From: a virus
Taxonomy: Duplodnaviria > Caudoviricetes
Virus record (IMG/VR): IMGVR_UViG_3300032247_001156
Location: 1-27,191 of that record
Direction: 5' to 3' (one strand)
DNA length: 27,191 bases
Below are positions 1-9,155 of this stretch, piece by piece. The position numbers were made by a program, and so were the translations under genes. How positions within the stretch are numbered: position 1 is the first letter of the stretch; the number at the start of each line of letters is the position of its first letter. The notes beneath the pieces were generated by a model. The model had not been told where the DNA came from. It ran no database searches and saw nothing but the letters and a program-made list of their open reading frames with translations.

Positions 1-1
1 G

Positions 2-181
2 GATATGCCGCCCGACATGGGTGGAATGCCCCCACCGGATCAGATGGGCATGCCACCCGTTGATATGGGCGGTGCGCCGCAGATGTCGCCCGAGGACATG
101 CAGATGATGGCGCTGCAGATGGGTGGCGGTCAGCCGCCGCGTCCTGAAACGTCCTACATTGCACCGGGGCTCGGCGGTTGA
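2..181 (+). CDS. C-terminal end of probable portal protein (partial)
   Basis: Frame 2 is open from the window edge: DMPPDMGGMPPPDQMGM...YIAPGLGG, ending TGA at 179-181. A P/M/G/Q-rich tail directly upstream of head genes is typical of podovirus portals. Identity inferred from position. Confidence 0.6.
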   Translation, partial: DMPPDMGGMPPPDQMGMPPVDMGGAPQMSPEDMQMMALQMGGGQPPRPETSYIAPGLGG

Positions 182-426
182 ACAGCATCGACCCCGACAC
201 CTTCGAGGAATGGACCGCCCACCCCGTCACAGAAGCGCTGTTCAGGGCGCTGGTGATCGAGGAGGAGCGGTTTACGAAAGAGTGGCTAGCGTATTCGATC
301 GAGGCCGGTCAGTCCGACCCCATCGTGTTGAGCAATCACCGGCAGCGTATCCGTGCGTATCGAGACATTCGAGACATCACAGCCGAACGCATCGAGGAAA
401 TACTGAATGACAAAGACAGCACGTAA
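178..426 (+). CDS. Small phage head-module protein
   Basis: TTG start overlaps the upstream stop (TTGA). 82 aa with a W-x-x-HPVT motif. Its end overlaps the next gene. Confidence 0.7.
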   Translation: MNSIDPDTFEEWTAHPVTEALFRALVIEEERFTKEWLAYSIEAGQSDPIVLSNHRQRIRAYRDIRDITAERIEEILNDKDST

Positions 427-757
427 GGAGGCCGAGGTCATGCACCTCGACATATCCGGCATCGATCCCATTGAATACAAGGTGCTGGTCCGTCCCAAGA
501 CGGCAGCGAACAAGACCGCAGGCGGCATCATGCTGCCCGAGGTCGTCGTTGAGAAAGACCAGCACGCGAGCATGGAAGGCACCGTCTGCGCCGTGTCGCC
601 GCTGGCGTTCAGCTACGAGGACGGCGCACCCAAGGCCAAACCCGGCGACACCGTGATCTTTGCGCGGTACTCCGGCATCAACGTCAAGGGCTGCGATGGC
701 GCCGAATATCGGCTGATGAACGACAAGGACATCGTTGCCGTGCGGAGGTCCGCATGA
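407..757 (+). CDS. groES: GroES/Cpn10-like co-chaperonin
   Basis: P-x-x-x-KVLVRP, mobile loop KTAGGIMLP, G-T-V-x-AV, KPGDTVIFARYSG and Y-R-L-M-N-D-K-D-I-V-A-V match the Cpn10 pattern. Alternative ATG at 440 follows AAGGAGG. Confidence 0.92.
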   Translation: MTKTARKEAEVMHLDISGIDPIEYKVLVRPKTAANKTAGGIMLPEVVVEKDQHASMEGTVCAVSPLAFSYEDGAPKAKPGDTVIFARYSGINVKGCDGAEYRLMNDKDIVAVRRSA

Positions 758-1668
758 GCCTCGACGACATCCAGGCGCCAACCGAGGCGCCCAACACAGG
801 CATTGCCATCCCCGGCGAGTCTGTACCTGACAGCGAGGCGCCATCCGCACCGCAGTCTGATGATACCGAGTCCCGCGCAAAGGCAATGGGATGGGTGCCT
901 CAGGATGAATTTCGCGGGCCTAAGGACAAATGGCGCGACGCGGCGGAGTTCGTGCGCGTCGGCGAGGAAGACTTGCCCGTCGTCCGCGAGCGACTGCGGG
1001 ACACGACGCGCAAGCTGACAGAGCTCGAAACAAGGCTGGCCGAGCGGGATACGAAGCACGCGCAAAGTCTCGCCTCGTTGGAGCGCATGACGGGCATCGC
1101 CCTGCAGCGCCAGCGCGAACAGATCGAGGGAAGCTACGCTGCCGCGATGCGCGATGCAGTGGCGTCGGGTGATACCGCTCGCTTTGACCAGCTGCGCCGC
1201 GATGAGGTCACAGCACTCAACCAGCACGACCGGCAGGCGTACGAGGCCGCGCGGGGGCCACAGCAGCCACCGCGCGTTGCCGGCCCAGCGGCGCACGAGG
1301 TGCCTGTTGTTGAGGCGTGGGTGTCTCAGAACCCGTGGTTTAACCGCGATGCAGAGATGAACGCGGTTGCCCAGGCGGCGCATGTTCGGCTTGGACGGGA
1401 GCGGCCGGAGCTATCGCTTGAGCAGAACCTTGCCGAGGTCAAGAAGTACGTCGAGCGGCGCTATGCAGACAAGCTTGGCGTTCCCGCTGCCATTCCGCGC
1501 GGTCCCGCCAGCGTCGAGGGCGGAACCAGGGTCGCGTCCAACGGTGGGTCAAGATCTAAGGGCGCGGGTGATCTGCCTGCCGATGCTCGCGTTCAGGGCG
1601 AAAAGTTTGTTCAGCAGAAGCTGTTCAAAGACATCAACGAATACGCACGGGATTATTTCGCACAATGA
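754..1668 (+). CDS. Capsid scaffolding protein
   Basis: Acidic disordered N-terminus, AKAMGWVP..EF motif, long coiled coil, W..QNPWF motif and a C-terminal helix. ATGA coupling upstream of the capsid gene. Confidence 0.75.
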   Translation: MSLDDIQAPTEAPNTGIAIPGESVPDSEAPSAPQSDDTESRAKAMGWVPQDEFRGPKDKWRDAAEFVRVGEEDLPVVRERLRDTTRKLTELETRLAERDTKHAQSLASLERMTGIALQRQREQIEGSYAAAMRDAVASGDTARFDQLRRDEVTALNQHDRQAYEAARGPQQPPRVAGPAAHEVPVVEAWVSQNPWFNRDAEMNAVAQAAHVRLGRERPELSLEQNLAEVKKYVERRYADKLGVPAAIPRGPASVEGGTRVASNGGSRSKGAGDLPADARVQGEKFVQQKLFKDINEYARDYFAQ

Positions 1669-2156
1669 ACCAGATCGTCGAGAAGCCAAAGACCGGCGCC
1701 CGCATCGAGGAAGAGCGCAACCGCCGGAGACGGCGCGACGAGCTGGGCGACGGTCGCATGCGGAACCTTGCCGTGAACGGCAAGCTTGATCCGAATTACA
1801 CGTATCGGTGGGTCAACGACGACCCCGGCCGAATGTATAACCTCACGCAAGCTGATGACTGGGATGTGGTCCAGGTCGGCGATCTCGGCGAGGCCCATCC
1901 CAAAGACAAAGGGGTAGGAACCGGGATTGAACGTGTGGTCGACAAGGTAACGGGTAAGCGTGCGGTGTTGTTGAGGAAGCCCAAAGACTATTACCTCGCC
2001 GACAAGGCCAAGGAACAGGCCCGCATCGACGTGGAAGAGGCAGCGATGCGGAAGGGGCAGACGAAAGGCGCCGATAGCCTGACAAGCGGGCGCGAAGCTG
2101 CTCAAGCGTATGTGCCGGCCGGTGGCATTGCCATCGCGAACGGTGCGCGCGGTTAA
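1665..2156 (+). CDS. Conserved head-module protein
   Basis: ATGA overlap. YTYRWVND...GR...W...AVLLRKPKDYY pattern of the gene lying between scaffold and capsid in this phage type. Confidence 0.75.
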   Translation: MNQIVEKPKTGARIEEERNRRRRRDELGDGRMRNLAVNGKLDPNYTYRWVNDDPGRMYNLTQADDWDVVQVGDLGEAHPKDKGVGTGIERVVDKVTGKRAVLLRKPKDYYLADKAKEQARIDVEEAAMRKGQTKGADSLTSGREAAQAYVPAGGIAIANGARG

Positions 2157-2181
2157 CTGAAACCCACGGGGACTCAACAAC

Positions 2182-2754
2182 ATGCCCAATACCAACAACC
2201 CGACCGGGCTGCGCCCGAATCGGCACCGCAACGGGGCGCCCTACAATGGGGCCGCTCGTCGTTATTTCGTACCGGCCACAGACAGCACGGCTCTCTACAT
2301 CGGCGACCCTGTCGTGATTGCCGGCTCTGCCGATGCTGACGGCATCGCAACCGTGACCAAGGCGACTGCAGCCGGCGGCGCCTACATGCTCGGCCCGGTC
2401 GTGTCTGTCGAGCCGATCACGCGCGATTCAACGCCCTACCGTGAGGCGTCGGTCGCTCGGTATGTGTGGGTGGCGGATGATCCGGACCTTGTATTCGAGG
2501 TCCAGGAAGATGCGGTCGGCGGCGCGCTCGCTGCGGTCGATGTCGGTCTCAACGCCGATTGGATCGACGGTACCGGCTCGACTGTCACTGGTTTGTCGGC
2601 TGTTCAGCTCGACACCTCGACCAAGGCGACCACCAACACGCTGCAGCTGCGCATTCTGGGGTTTTCTCAGAGGGTTGGCAACGAGATCGGCGCCAACGCA
2701 AAGGTGTTGGTCAGCATCAACCTGCACGCGCTCCGCAACCTGACCGGCATCTAA
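2182..2754 (+). CDS. Putative capsid decoration/minor head protein
   Basis: MPNTNNPTGLRP, A-L-Y-I-G-D-P-V and V-A-D-D-P-D-L-V-F-E-V-Q motifs. Beta-rich and immediately upstream of the capsid gene. Confidence 0.65.
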   Translation: MPNTNNPTGLRPNRHRNGAPYNGAARRYFVPATDSTALYIGDPVVIAGSADADGIATVTKATAAGGAYMLGPVVSVEPITRDSTPYREASVARYVWVADDPDLVFEVQEDAVGGALAAVDVGLNADWIDGTGSTVTGLSAVQLDTSTKATTNTLQLRILGFSQRVGNEIGANAKVLVSINLHALRNLTGI

Positions 2755-2768
2755 GGGGGATTTGAGAT

Positions 2769-3680
2769 ATGGCTGGCGTTATCACAACTGGTTCACATCC
2801 AAAGGCCCTTTGGCCCGGCATGCACAAGTTCTGGGGTCGCGAGTACAAGGAGTACCCGCAGGAGTGGTCCGAGATCTTTGCCGAGGAAACCTCGGAGAAG
2901 AACTACGAGGAAGACACGGAAGTCACCGGCTTCGGTCTTGCTCCGATCAAGGCTCAGGCTGACGGCGTCGCCTACGACAGCGAAAGCCAGGGGCCTACCA
3001 AGCGGTACACGCACGTCACCTATGGCCTCGGCTATATCGTGACGCGCGAGGAGCTGGAGGACAATCTATACGAGATCGTCTCCAAGCGGCGCATCAAGGC
3101 TCTGGCCTTCTCAATGCGACAGACTGAGGAAATCGTCGCGGCGAACATCCTCAACCGCGCGTTCAACACGTCGTACACGGGCGGCGACGGCAAGGCGATG
3201 ATCGTCTCTGATCATCCAACCGTTGCGGGAACCGCGTCCAACGTGCTGGCGACGGCGGCCGATCTGTCTGAGGCCTCGCTCGAGGATCTGATTATTCAGC
3301 TGATGCAGGCGACCAACTCGCGTGGGCACAAGATCAGCCTTATGCCGAAAAAGCTGGTCGTCAGCTCATCGGAGGCGTTCAACGCCGAGCGCATCGTGAA
3401 GTCGACGCAGCAAAGCGGCACGGCGAACAACGACGTGAACGCGGTCAAGTCGATGGGCCTGCTCAGTGGCGGTATTTGCGTCAATCACTACCTGACCGAC
3501 CTCGATGCTTGGTTCCTGACCACCAACGCCAACTACGGCCTGACGCGGTTTAACCGCCGCGCGACCGAGTTCAAGCAGGACAACGACTTCGACACCGAGA
3601 ACGCTAAGGCCAAGTCCACCATGCGTTTCTCTGTGGGCTGGACCGACTGGCGCGGCATCTACGGCACTCCGGGGGCGTAA
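2769..3680 (+). CDS. Major capsid protein (Mu gpT-like / HMO-2011-type family)
   Basis: L-W-P-G, GFGLAPIK, RYTHVTYGLG, EELEDNLY, ILNRAF, GGDG..HP, DFDTENAK and RFSVGWTDWRGIYGTPGA motifs. AAGGGGG RBS. Confidence 0.88.
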   Translation: MAGVITTGSHPKALWPGMHKFWGREYKEYPQEWSEIFAEETSEKNYEEDTEVTGFGLAPIKAQADGVAYDSESQGPTKRYTHVTYGLGYIVTREELEDNLYEIVSKRRIKALAFSMRQTEEIVAANILNRAFNTSYTGGDGKAMIVSDHPTVAGTASNVLATAADLSEASLEDLIIQLMQATNSRGHKISLMPKKLVVSSSEAFNAERIVKSTQQSGTANNDVNAVKSMGLLSGGICVNHYLTDLDAWFLTTNANYGLTRFNRRATEFKQDNDFDTENAKAKSTMRFSVGWTDWRGIYGTPGA

Positions 3681-3683
3681 CCG

Positions 3684-4103
3684 ATGGCAACATTCAAGGT
3701 TACTCGGTTTCCTCGAGGGCTGGCGATCGGTGGCGGCGCACTCGATGCGTCGTCGGCCTCTTGCCTCTGCGCGCTGCGGTTCTCGTTCGATCCGACCAGC
3801 TCGACGCAGATCCTTTTGGGCACGCTGCCCAAGGGGGCGGTTGTGGTCGACGTTCTGTCCTACGGCGGCGCAACCGGCGGTACAAACCCTACCATCGACA
3901 TTGGCACATCGGGAACGACAGACGCCTATGCCAATGAGCTGAAAAGCAACGTGGCATCGGCTGCGGTCGGTGCCGCCACCATCGGCACGGGCGCCAACAC
4001 TCAGCTGACGGCGGACACGCTGGTGTACGGCAAGGTTGGCGCTTCGGCGGCGACGGGTGGCACCACTAAGGGCGCCATTCTGTTTGTGGTTGAAGACATC
4101 TGA
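3684..4103 (+). CDS. Putative capsid-associated structural protein
   Basis: 139 aa, G/A/T-rich beta protein (LGTLPKGAVVVDV, TIDIGTSG). In frame with the capsid gene, one codon after its stop. Confidence 0.7.
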   Translation: MATFKVTRFPRGLAIGGGALDASSASCLCALRFSFDPTSSTQILLGTLPKGAVVVDVLSYGGATGGTNPTIDIGTSGTTDAYANELKSNVASAAVGAATIGTGANTQLTADTLVYGKVGASAATGGTTKGAILFVVEDI

Positions 4104-4110
4104 GGCTAGA

Positions 4111-4135
4111 CGGGCGGGGCGCTTTGTCCCGCCCG
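4111..4135 (+). promoter_or_regulatory. GC-rich hairpin after the capsid cluster (attenuator or mRNA stabiliser)
   Basis: CGGGCGGGGC-gcttt-GTCCCGCCCG forms a 10-bp stem with one G-U pair. No U-tract follows. Confidence 0.45.
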
Positions 4136-4155
4136 CAACCAGCGGGGACGGCATT

Positions 4156-4437
4156 ATGAGCGGGACGAGACGCGAACGACTGGTCAACATTGCCGGCGCC
4201 GCAACGACCACGGTCAAGTCGGGCGGCGGGACGCTCTGGCGGATCACCTTCAACAAGCCGGTCGCCGCAAGTACGGTGACGATCTACGACAACACCGCCG
4301 GCAGCGGGACTAAGATCGGCACCATCACCAACACGGTCGACGTCAAGCCTTACTTCCTCAAGTACGGCGGGCGGTTCGAGACCGGGCTGACCATCGTGAC
4401 ATCCGGCGCCGATGACATCACGGTCACGTTCGGATGA
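4156..4437 (+). CDS. Small beta-rich virion protein
   Basis: ATG 4156 after GGGGA is preferred over the track start at 4036. VKSGGGTL..I, VTIYDNTAGSGT and F-E-T-G-L-T-I-V motifs. Confidence 0.72.
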   Translation: MSGTRRERLVNIAGAATTTVKSGGGTLWRITFNKPVAASTVTIYDNTAGSGTKIGTITNTVDVKPYFLKYGGRFETGLTIVTSGADDITVTFG

Positions 4438-4676
4438 GCAGCGACTACATCCCTGGAGATTTTTACAGAATTTGTGATGTGTGCGGATTCAAAGTTCGCG
4501 CTTCGGCAACCCGCAAGCGTTGGGATGGCCTGATGGTCTGCCTTCCAGATTGGGAGACACGACACCCGCAGGACGGCGTGCGGGGGCGGCGTGATCGGCA
4601 GCGCGTGCCAGAGGCACGTCCAGAGCCGACAGACAGGTTCATTGATCCCAACGACGTCACGGCGGATGATCTCTGA
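4434..4676 (+). CDS. Cys-rich (putative Zn-binding) head-tail region protein
   Basis: ICDVCGF...WDGLMVC..DWETRHPQD. Overlaps both neighbours. Confidence 0.75.
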   Translation: MSSDYIPGDFYRICDVCGFKVRASATRKRWDGLMVCLPDWETRHPQDGVRGRRDRQRVPEARPEPTDRFIDPNDVTADDL

Positions 4677-5350
4677 TGGCAACCTCTGGCACCTCGACAT
4701 ATAGCCTCAACGCGCGAGATATCATCACGCTGGCCTTGAGCAAGGTGCTTGTTCAAGAAGATCAGGATTTTCGCGCTGCCGACATAGCGACGGGGCTCAT
4801 GAACCTCAACGTGATGCTCAAGGGCTGGCAGCTGACGGGTCCGAACCTCTGGCGGCAAACCGAGGCATCGTTGACGCTGACCGCTGCAACGCAAAGCTAC
4901 GCGCTGAGCACGAAGCCCTATTCGATCTCTTCGGCCCGTTACCGCAGCGCGACCGGGATCGATCTGCCGATGGAGCTTTTGACACGGCAAGAATACTTCG
5001 ACATGCCGTTGAAGTCGGCCACGGGTGTGTCCACGCAATACTACTTTGACCGGCAGCGCGACAGCGGCACGCTGTACGTTTGGCCCGTGCTGGCGTCAGT
5101 GACGACGGAAACCATCGTCTACACCTACCAGCGCCGGTTCGAGGACATCACCGCGCTAACTGAGGACGTGGACATACCGCAAGAATACCTCAACACGGTG
5201 TCGTATTCGCTGGCCGAGCTGCTGTGTGATGATTTTTCATCAGACGATAGGACTGCGGCTAAACTTGCTCGCACTGCCGGCATGATGCGGGCGGCAGCTG
5301 CGGCGTCTGATCGTGAACCTGAATACCGATTTATTCCGGGGCGCCGGTAA
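4676..5350 (+). CDS. Head-to-tail adaptor (P22 gp4-like)
   Basis: ARDIITLAL...LNVMLKGW N-terminus, LYVWP, and DIPQEYLNTVSYSLAELL. Lies before the gp10-like gene. Confidence 0.75.
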   Translation: MATSGTSTYSLNARDIITLALSKVLVQEDQDFRAADIATGLMNLNVMLKGWQLTGPNLWRQTEASLTLTAATQSYALSTKPYSISSARYRSATGIDLPMELLTRQEYFDMPLKSATGVSTQYYFDRQRDSGTLYVWPVLASVTTETIVYTYQRRFEDITALTEDVDIPQEYLNTVSYSLAELLCDDFSSDDRTAAKLARTAGMMRAAAAASDREPEYRFIPGRR

Positions 5351-6750
5351 TGGTGCTTGTACCAATCACCCTTGGCACGCAATCCAATCCGAGCCGGTTC
5401 TCAACGGCAGGTAGCGCGCGGCTGACGAACCTCATGATTGAGCAGTCAGGCCAAGAGGGGAAGACGACGACGGTGCTTTATCCAGTGCCGGGGCTGGCAA
5501 GTTTTTCGACGCTGACCGGGGGCGGCGGTATCCGATCCATGCTTGCCACGGACAACTGGCTGTATGTCGTCGCGGGTCGTGTGCTGTTTCGGGTCGATGC
5601 AAGCGGAGCATCAACTCTGATCGGCGGTATTCCGACCGATGGGCTGGTGACTATGGGCCGCAACCGGGCCAACCCGACACAGATAGGCATTAGCTCGGAA
5701 GGCCTGTTCTGGGTTGTGGTCGATGCCACGCTCACACCAAACGCCGATACCGATCTGCCGCCGTCATCGTCTCTTGCTGTGCTGGATGGCTATGGAATTC
5801 TGCCAGGCTATGGTTCGGTGTTCCACATCTCGGACGCGGACGATTTTACCGCATTTGATCCGCTCGACTTTGCTTCAGCCGAAAGCAGCCCAGACGCCAC
5901 AATGCGCGTCGCAGTCCGTGAATCAGAAGTCGTGTTCTTCGGCACGGAATCAACGGAGTGGTGGCAGAACAGCGGGGGGACATTCCCGTTCAGTCGGGTG
6001 CAAACGGCCCGCATCGGGTGCCTGTCTGCCGCTTCTGTTGCCAACGTTGACCGCACGCTGGCGTGGGTCGCGCAGGATGGCACGGTGCGTCTCATGGAAG
6101 GCTACAGCGGCAAGGTCATCAGCAACCACGCCGTTGACAGGTTCGTGGCTGACGAGACGACCAAGTCGGCACTTACGGCGACATCCTGGGCGCAGGACGG
6201 GCACACGTTCTATTGCCTGTCTGGCACCAATGAAACGTGGGTCTACGACATCGCTACCGGACTTTGGCACAACCGGGAAAGCTATGGGTCCAGCCGCTGG
6301 CGCTGCAGCCACGTCGTCCAGTTTGCCGGCAAGACGATCGCGGGCGATGCTTCCACCGGCATCCTTTATCAGATGCATCGCGACTACGCCGACGAAGCCG
6401 GCGAGCCGCTGATCTGCGAGAGCATCACACCGCCCAATCACGCCGCACCCGAGCGTCTGCAGGTCAATGCGCTGCACCTTGACGTGATTACCGGCCAAGG
6501 GATCGTTCCCGGCGACGACAGCACGACAGAGCCGCAGATCATGGTGCAGGGATCGCGGGATGGCGGAGAGACGTTCGGGACTGAGCGCTGGATCTCGATG
6601 GGGCACCGTGGCCAGCGGGTTAAGCGGTTGGTTCTGCGCCGCTGGGGTGTCTATGGCGTGCAAGGCGTGACGTGGCGCGTGCGGTCGTCGGCTGCGGTCG
6701 CGCGTGGGTTTCTGAGTGCGCACATGGATGCACAGAAGCTCAGGGCATGA
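5350..6750 (+). CDS. Tail hub / packaged-DNA stabilisation protein (P22 gp10-like)
   Basis: 466 aa. LYPVPGL, LDFASAESSPD, FGTESTEWW, QDGHTFY, TWVYDIATGLWHNR, SRDGGETFG and RRWG motifs. Confidence 0.88.
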   Translation: MVLVPITLGTQSNPSRFSTAGSARLTNLMIEQSGQEGKTTTVLYPVPGLASFSTLTGGGGIRSMLATDNWLYVVAGRVLFRVDASGASTLIGGIPTDGLVTMGRNRANPTQIGISSEGLFWVVVDATLTPNADTDLPPSSSLAVLDGYGILPGYGSVFHISDADDFTAFDPLDFASAESSPDATMRVAVRESEVVFFGTESTEWWQNSGGTFPFSRVQTARIGCLSAASVANVDRTLAWVAQDGTVRLMEGYSGKVISNHAVDRFVADETTKSALTATSWAQDGHTFYCLSGTNETWVYDIATGLWHNRESYGSSRWRCSHVVQFAGKTIAGDASTGILYQMHRDYADEAGEPLICESITPPNHAAPERLQVNALHLDVITGQGIVPGDDSTTEPQIMVQGSRDGGETFGTERWISMGHRGQRVKRLVLRRWGVYGVQGVTWRVRSSAAVARGFLSAHMDAQKLRA

Positions 6751-6884
6751 ATCCCGAACTGTACCGCGTCCTAACGCGGATCGCGACCAAGGCCGGACAG
6801 TCAATACCTCGCGTTGATACGCCGCTGACCGACACAGCATGGGTGCGGTTCTTTTCCGCCGTGCGCAATTACATGGGGGCCTGA
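6747..6884 (+). CDS. 45-aa protein in the tail-needle position
   Basis: ATGA overlap at 6747-6750. MNPELYRV...TAWVRFFSAVRNYMGA exactly fills the gap to the next gene. Confidence 0.55.
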   Translation: MNPELYRVLTRIATKAGQSIPRVDTPLTDTAWVRFFSAVRNYMGA

Positions 6885-6885
6885 G

Positions 6886-7674
6886 ATGGGTTTTTTCGGC
6901 GATATGTTTGAAGGTGCATCTGGCAAGAAAGCGGCCAACGCGGGCGCTGACGCTGCAAGCGCTTATACCAACAGCGGATACCAAAACTACCGCGATCAGG
7001 TCGGCGGCGGCTACGGCAACGCCGATAGCATCCTCCAGGGCTACGAGGCACCAGGAAAGCAGGCCAACAGCCTGTATGCCGGCAGCATCGGCGCCCTGGG
7101 GACGCAAGGCTACCAGAACGCGCTCAGCAACTTCAACGCCGACCCGTTCCGGCAGGGTCAGGCCGACGCCGCTGGGCGGGCTGTCCGCGATACGTACCGC
7201 CGCTACAACGGCCAGGGTATGGGGAACAGCGGCACGGCTGGTGCTGCGGTTGGTCGGGTTGGAAGCGACATCTACGGCCAGCAGGTTGCCGACTACCGCA
7301 ACCGGCTGATGGGCATGGGTCAGCAGGGGATGCAGATCGGATCGCAGCGGGCACAAAACGCCATCGGCCAGGGCGAGGCCATGGGCGGGTCCTACGTCAA
7401 CCAGAACAATCAGCTCGCCGGCATTGAACAGCAGCGCCAACAGAACATTTATCAGGCGCAACAGCAGGGGCAAAACAACCTGATGAAGGCGGTTGGCAGC
7501 GCGGCGCAGTTGGCCACGATGGGGTTTGCACCAGGTCTGGGTGGTGCAACCGCATTCGGCAATATGGCCGGCATGTTTGGCGGTGGCGGGCAGGGCGGTG
7601 GCGGGCAGGGCGGTGGCGGTAGCAATTACCTATCCGGCTATACCAACGGGAATGCATACGGAGGCCCCCGCTGA
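6886..7674 (+). CDS. DNA ejection (pilot) protein, P22 gp7-like position
   Basis: MGFFGDMF start, G/Q/A/N-rich composition. First of the internal virion genes after the tail hub. Confidence 0.75.
   Translation: MGFFGDMFEGASGKKAANAGADAASAYTNSGYQNYRDQVGGGYGNADSILQGYEAPGKQANSLYAGSIGALGTQGYQNALSNFNADPFRQGQADAAGRAVRDTYRRYNGQGMGNSGTAGAAVGRVGSDIYGQQVADYRNRLMGMGQQGMQIGSQRAQNAIGQGEAMGGSYVNQNNQLAGIEQQRQQNIYQAQQQGQNNLMKAVGSAAQLATMGFAPGLGGATAFGNMAGMFGGGGQGGGGQGGGGSNYLSGYTNGNAYGGPR
7579..7619 (+). repeat. 15-bp tandem repeat (GGGGQ), about 2.7 copies
   Basis: GGCGGTGGCGGGCAG at 7579 and 7594, with a partial copy at 7609. Confidence 0.85.
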
Positions 7675-9155
7675 TGGCCATGCAGCGCAACGCCCTGATG
7701 CCGATGGAACTCGGCCCGGCCGCCGACATCGGCAACCTGACCAACCCTCTCATGCAGGGCCTTCAGTCCTATCGCCAAGGGATGGATAAGCAGTTCGAGG
7801 GGGATCGCGCGCTGGCGAAGGAAGCACAGGACGCCGAGCGGCTACGCCTTGCCAAGGGTGCCGACGCGCGAGCCGGCGAGTCTCACGATTTAGAGATGCA
7901 GAAGGCCAAGGTGCAGCAGATCGCCGGCCTCGCCCAGATGGCGGATCAGGAGAAGGATCCCGCGCGACGGTCTGCGATCATGACCTCGATCTACCAGCGC
8001 CATCCCGATCTCGTCCCGCATCTCAGCAAGAACGGGTTTGACCCGGCCGACCATGTGAACGTGCCTAAGATGCTGATTGCCGAGGCGCGCGGGTTTGTTG
8101 ATCCGCAAGCCGAGGCGTTGAAGAAAGCCCAGATCGACAACCTCAACCGCCGCGAAGAACCGGAAATCGTGCGCCAGTTGCGCGCTGCCGGGATCGATCC
8201 GAGGTCTGAAAAGGGCCGAAGCCTGATCATGAACTCGATCAAGGGCGGCGATCCGATCAGTCAGGCGGTCGGGGATGCTATCAAGGGGCAATTCCAGCCC
8301 TCTGCATCTCCGCCATCGCCAATTCAACCGCAGTCGTTCAACGCCCCAGAAGGTACACCGCCGGGGCTCATCCTCACGGGTGCGGGAGATCCACCATCGG
8401 CCGCATCGCCGCCGGCTCTGGTCGATACGCCGCTCGGCAAGATGCCCCCCGACAAGGCGCGCCTGCTCGGTTTCGGCATTGCCATGACGGGCAAGGGCGA
8501 CGCGGGCAAGATGTTCTCGGAGGCTGCCAACGCCGGCGGGCTTGGCAAAGAGGGCATCAACCACGCCGAAAAGGCTCTGGTCGACAAGGCAACCGACATT
8601 GGCGAATTGGATCAGATCAAGTCGCAATTCAAGCCCGAATACCTCGGCCTCGGCGGGCAAGCAAAGGCCATTGGCCTCGGCTGGCAGGATTGGCTTACAA
8701 GCGGCAAGATGACGCCGGAAAACCGGCAGTTTATCCAAGGATATTCGCGTTTCGCCACGGCAACGACAGAACGGCTCAACAATCGCATTAAGGCGATGTC
8801 AGGCTCGGCGGTGTCAGGCGCCGAGGAAAAGCGCATGTATGCGGCCAATCCGACCGTGTCTGACGGACCAGAAGTCTTCAAAGGCAAGCTCGACCAACAG
8901 ATTGAGATGCAGAAGCTCGCGATTGCTCGCCTCAACTGGATACGGCGCGAGTTCAAGGGCACGGATCAGCAAATTGGGGAGATGGCAAAGTCCGGCCGCA
9001 TCGAGGGGCTGTCCAGTATTGAAGGCATGAGAGATATCATCAATCAGCGGCTCGGGGCAGAAGCGCAGAGGATCAAAGCCAGCAACCCCAACATTGATGA
9101 CGGGATGCTACGCCAGCATTTACGCGCGGTGCAGAAGCAGGAGTTCGGCATCTGA
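7674..9155 (+). CDS. DNA ejection protein, gp20-like position
   Basis: 493 aa, helical, with a Pro-rich linker and SGSAVSGAEEKR motif. TGATG coupling on both sides. Confidence 0.7.
   Translation: MAMQRNALMPMELGPAADIGNLTNPLMQGLQSYRQGMDKQFEGDRALAKEAQDAERLRLAKGADARAGESHDLEMQKAKVQQIAGLAQMADQEKDPARRSAIMTSIYQRHPDLVPHLSKNGFDPADHVNVPKMLIAEARGFVDPQAEALKKAQIDNLNRREEPEIVRQLRAAGIDPRSEKGRSLIMNSIKGGDPISQAVGDAIKGQFQPSASPPSPIQPQSFNAPEGTPPGLILTGAGDPPSAASPPALVDTPLGKMPPDKARLLGFGIAMTGKGDAGKMFSEAANAGGLGKEGINHAEKALVDKATDIGELDQIKSQFKPEYLGLGGQAKAIGLGWQDWLTSGKMTPENRQFIQGYSRFATATTERLNNRIKAMSGSAVSGAEEKRMYAANPTVSDGPEVFKGKLDQQIEMQKLAIARLNWIRREFKGTDQQIGEMAKSGRIEGLSSIEGMRDIINQRLGAEAQRIKASNPNIDDGMLRQHLRAVQKQEFGI

Noticed and set aside
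2-181. GGM-like tail next to groES suggesting groEL
   Set aside because: The tail is Pro-rich, lies upstream of groES and sits in the portal position. Only 59 codons are visible.
5950-7473. 507-aa minus-strand ORF
   Set aside because: Antisense shadow of well-supported GC-rich genes with no motifs. The same applies to 613-1383, 3366-4256 and 7890-8738.
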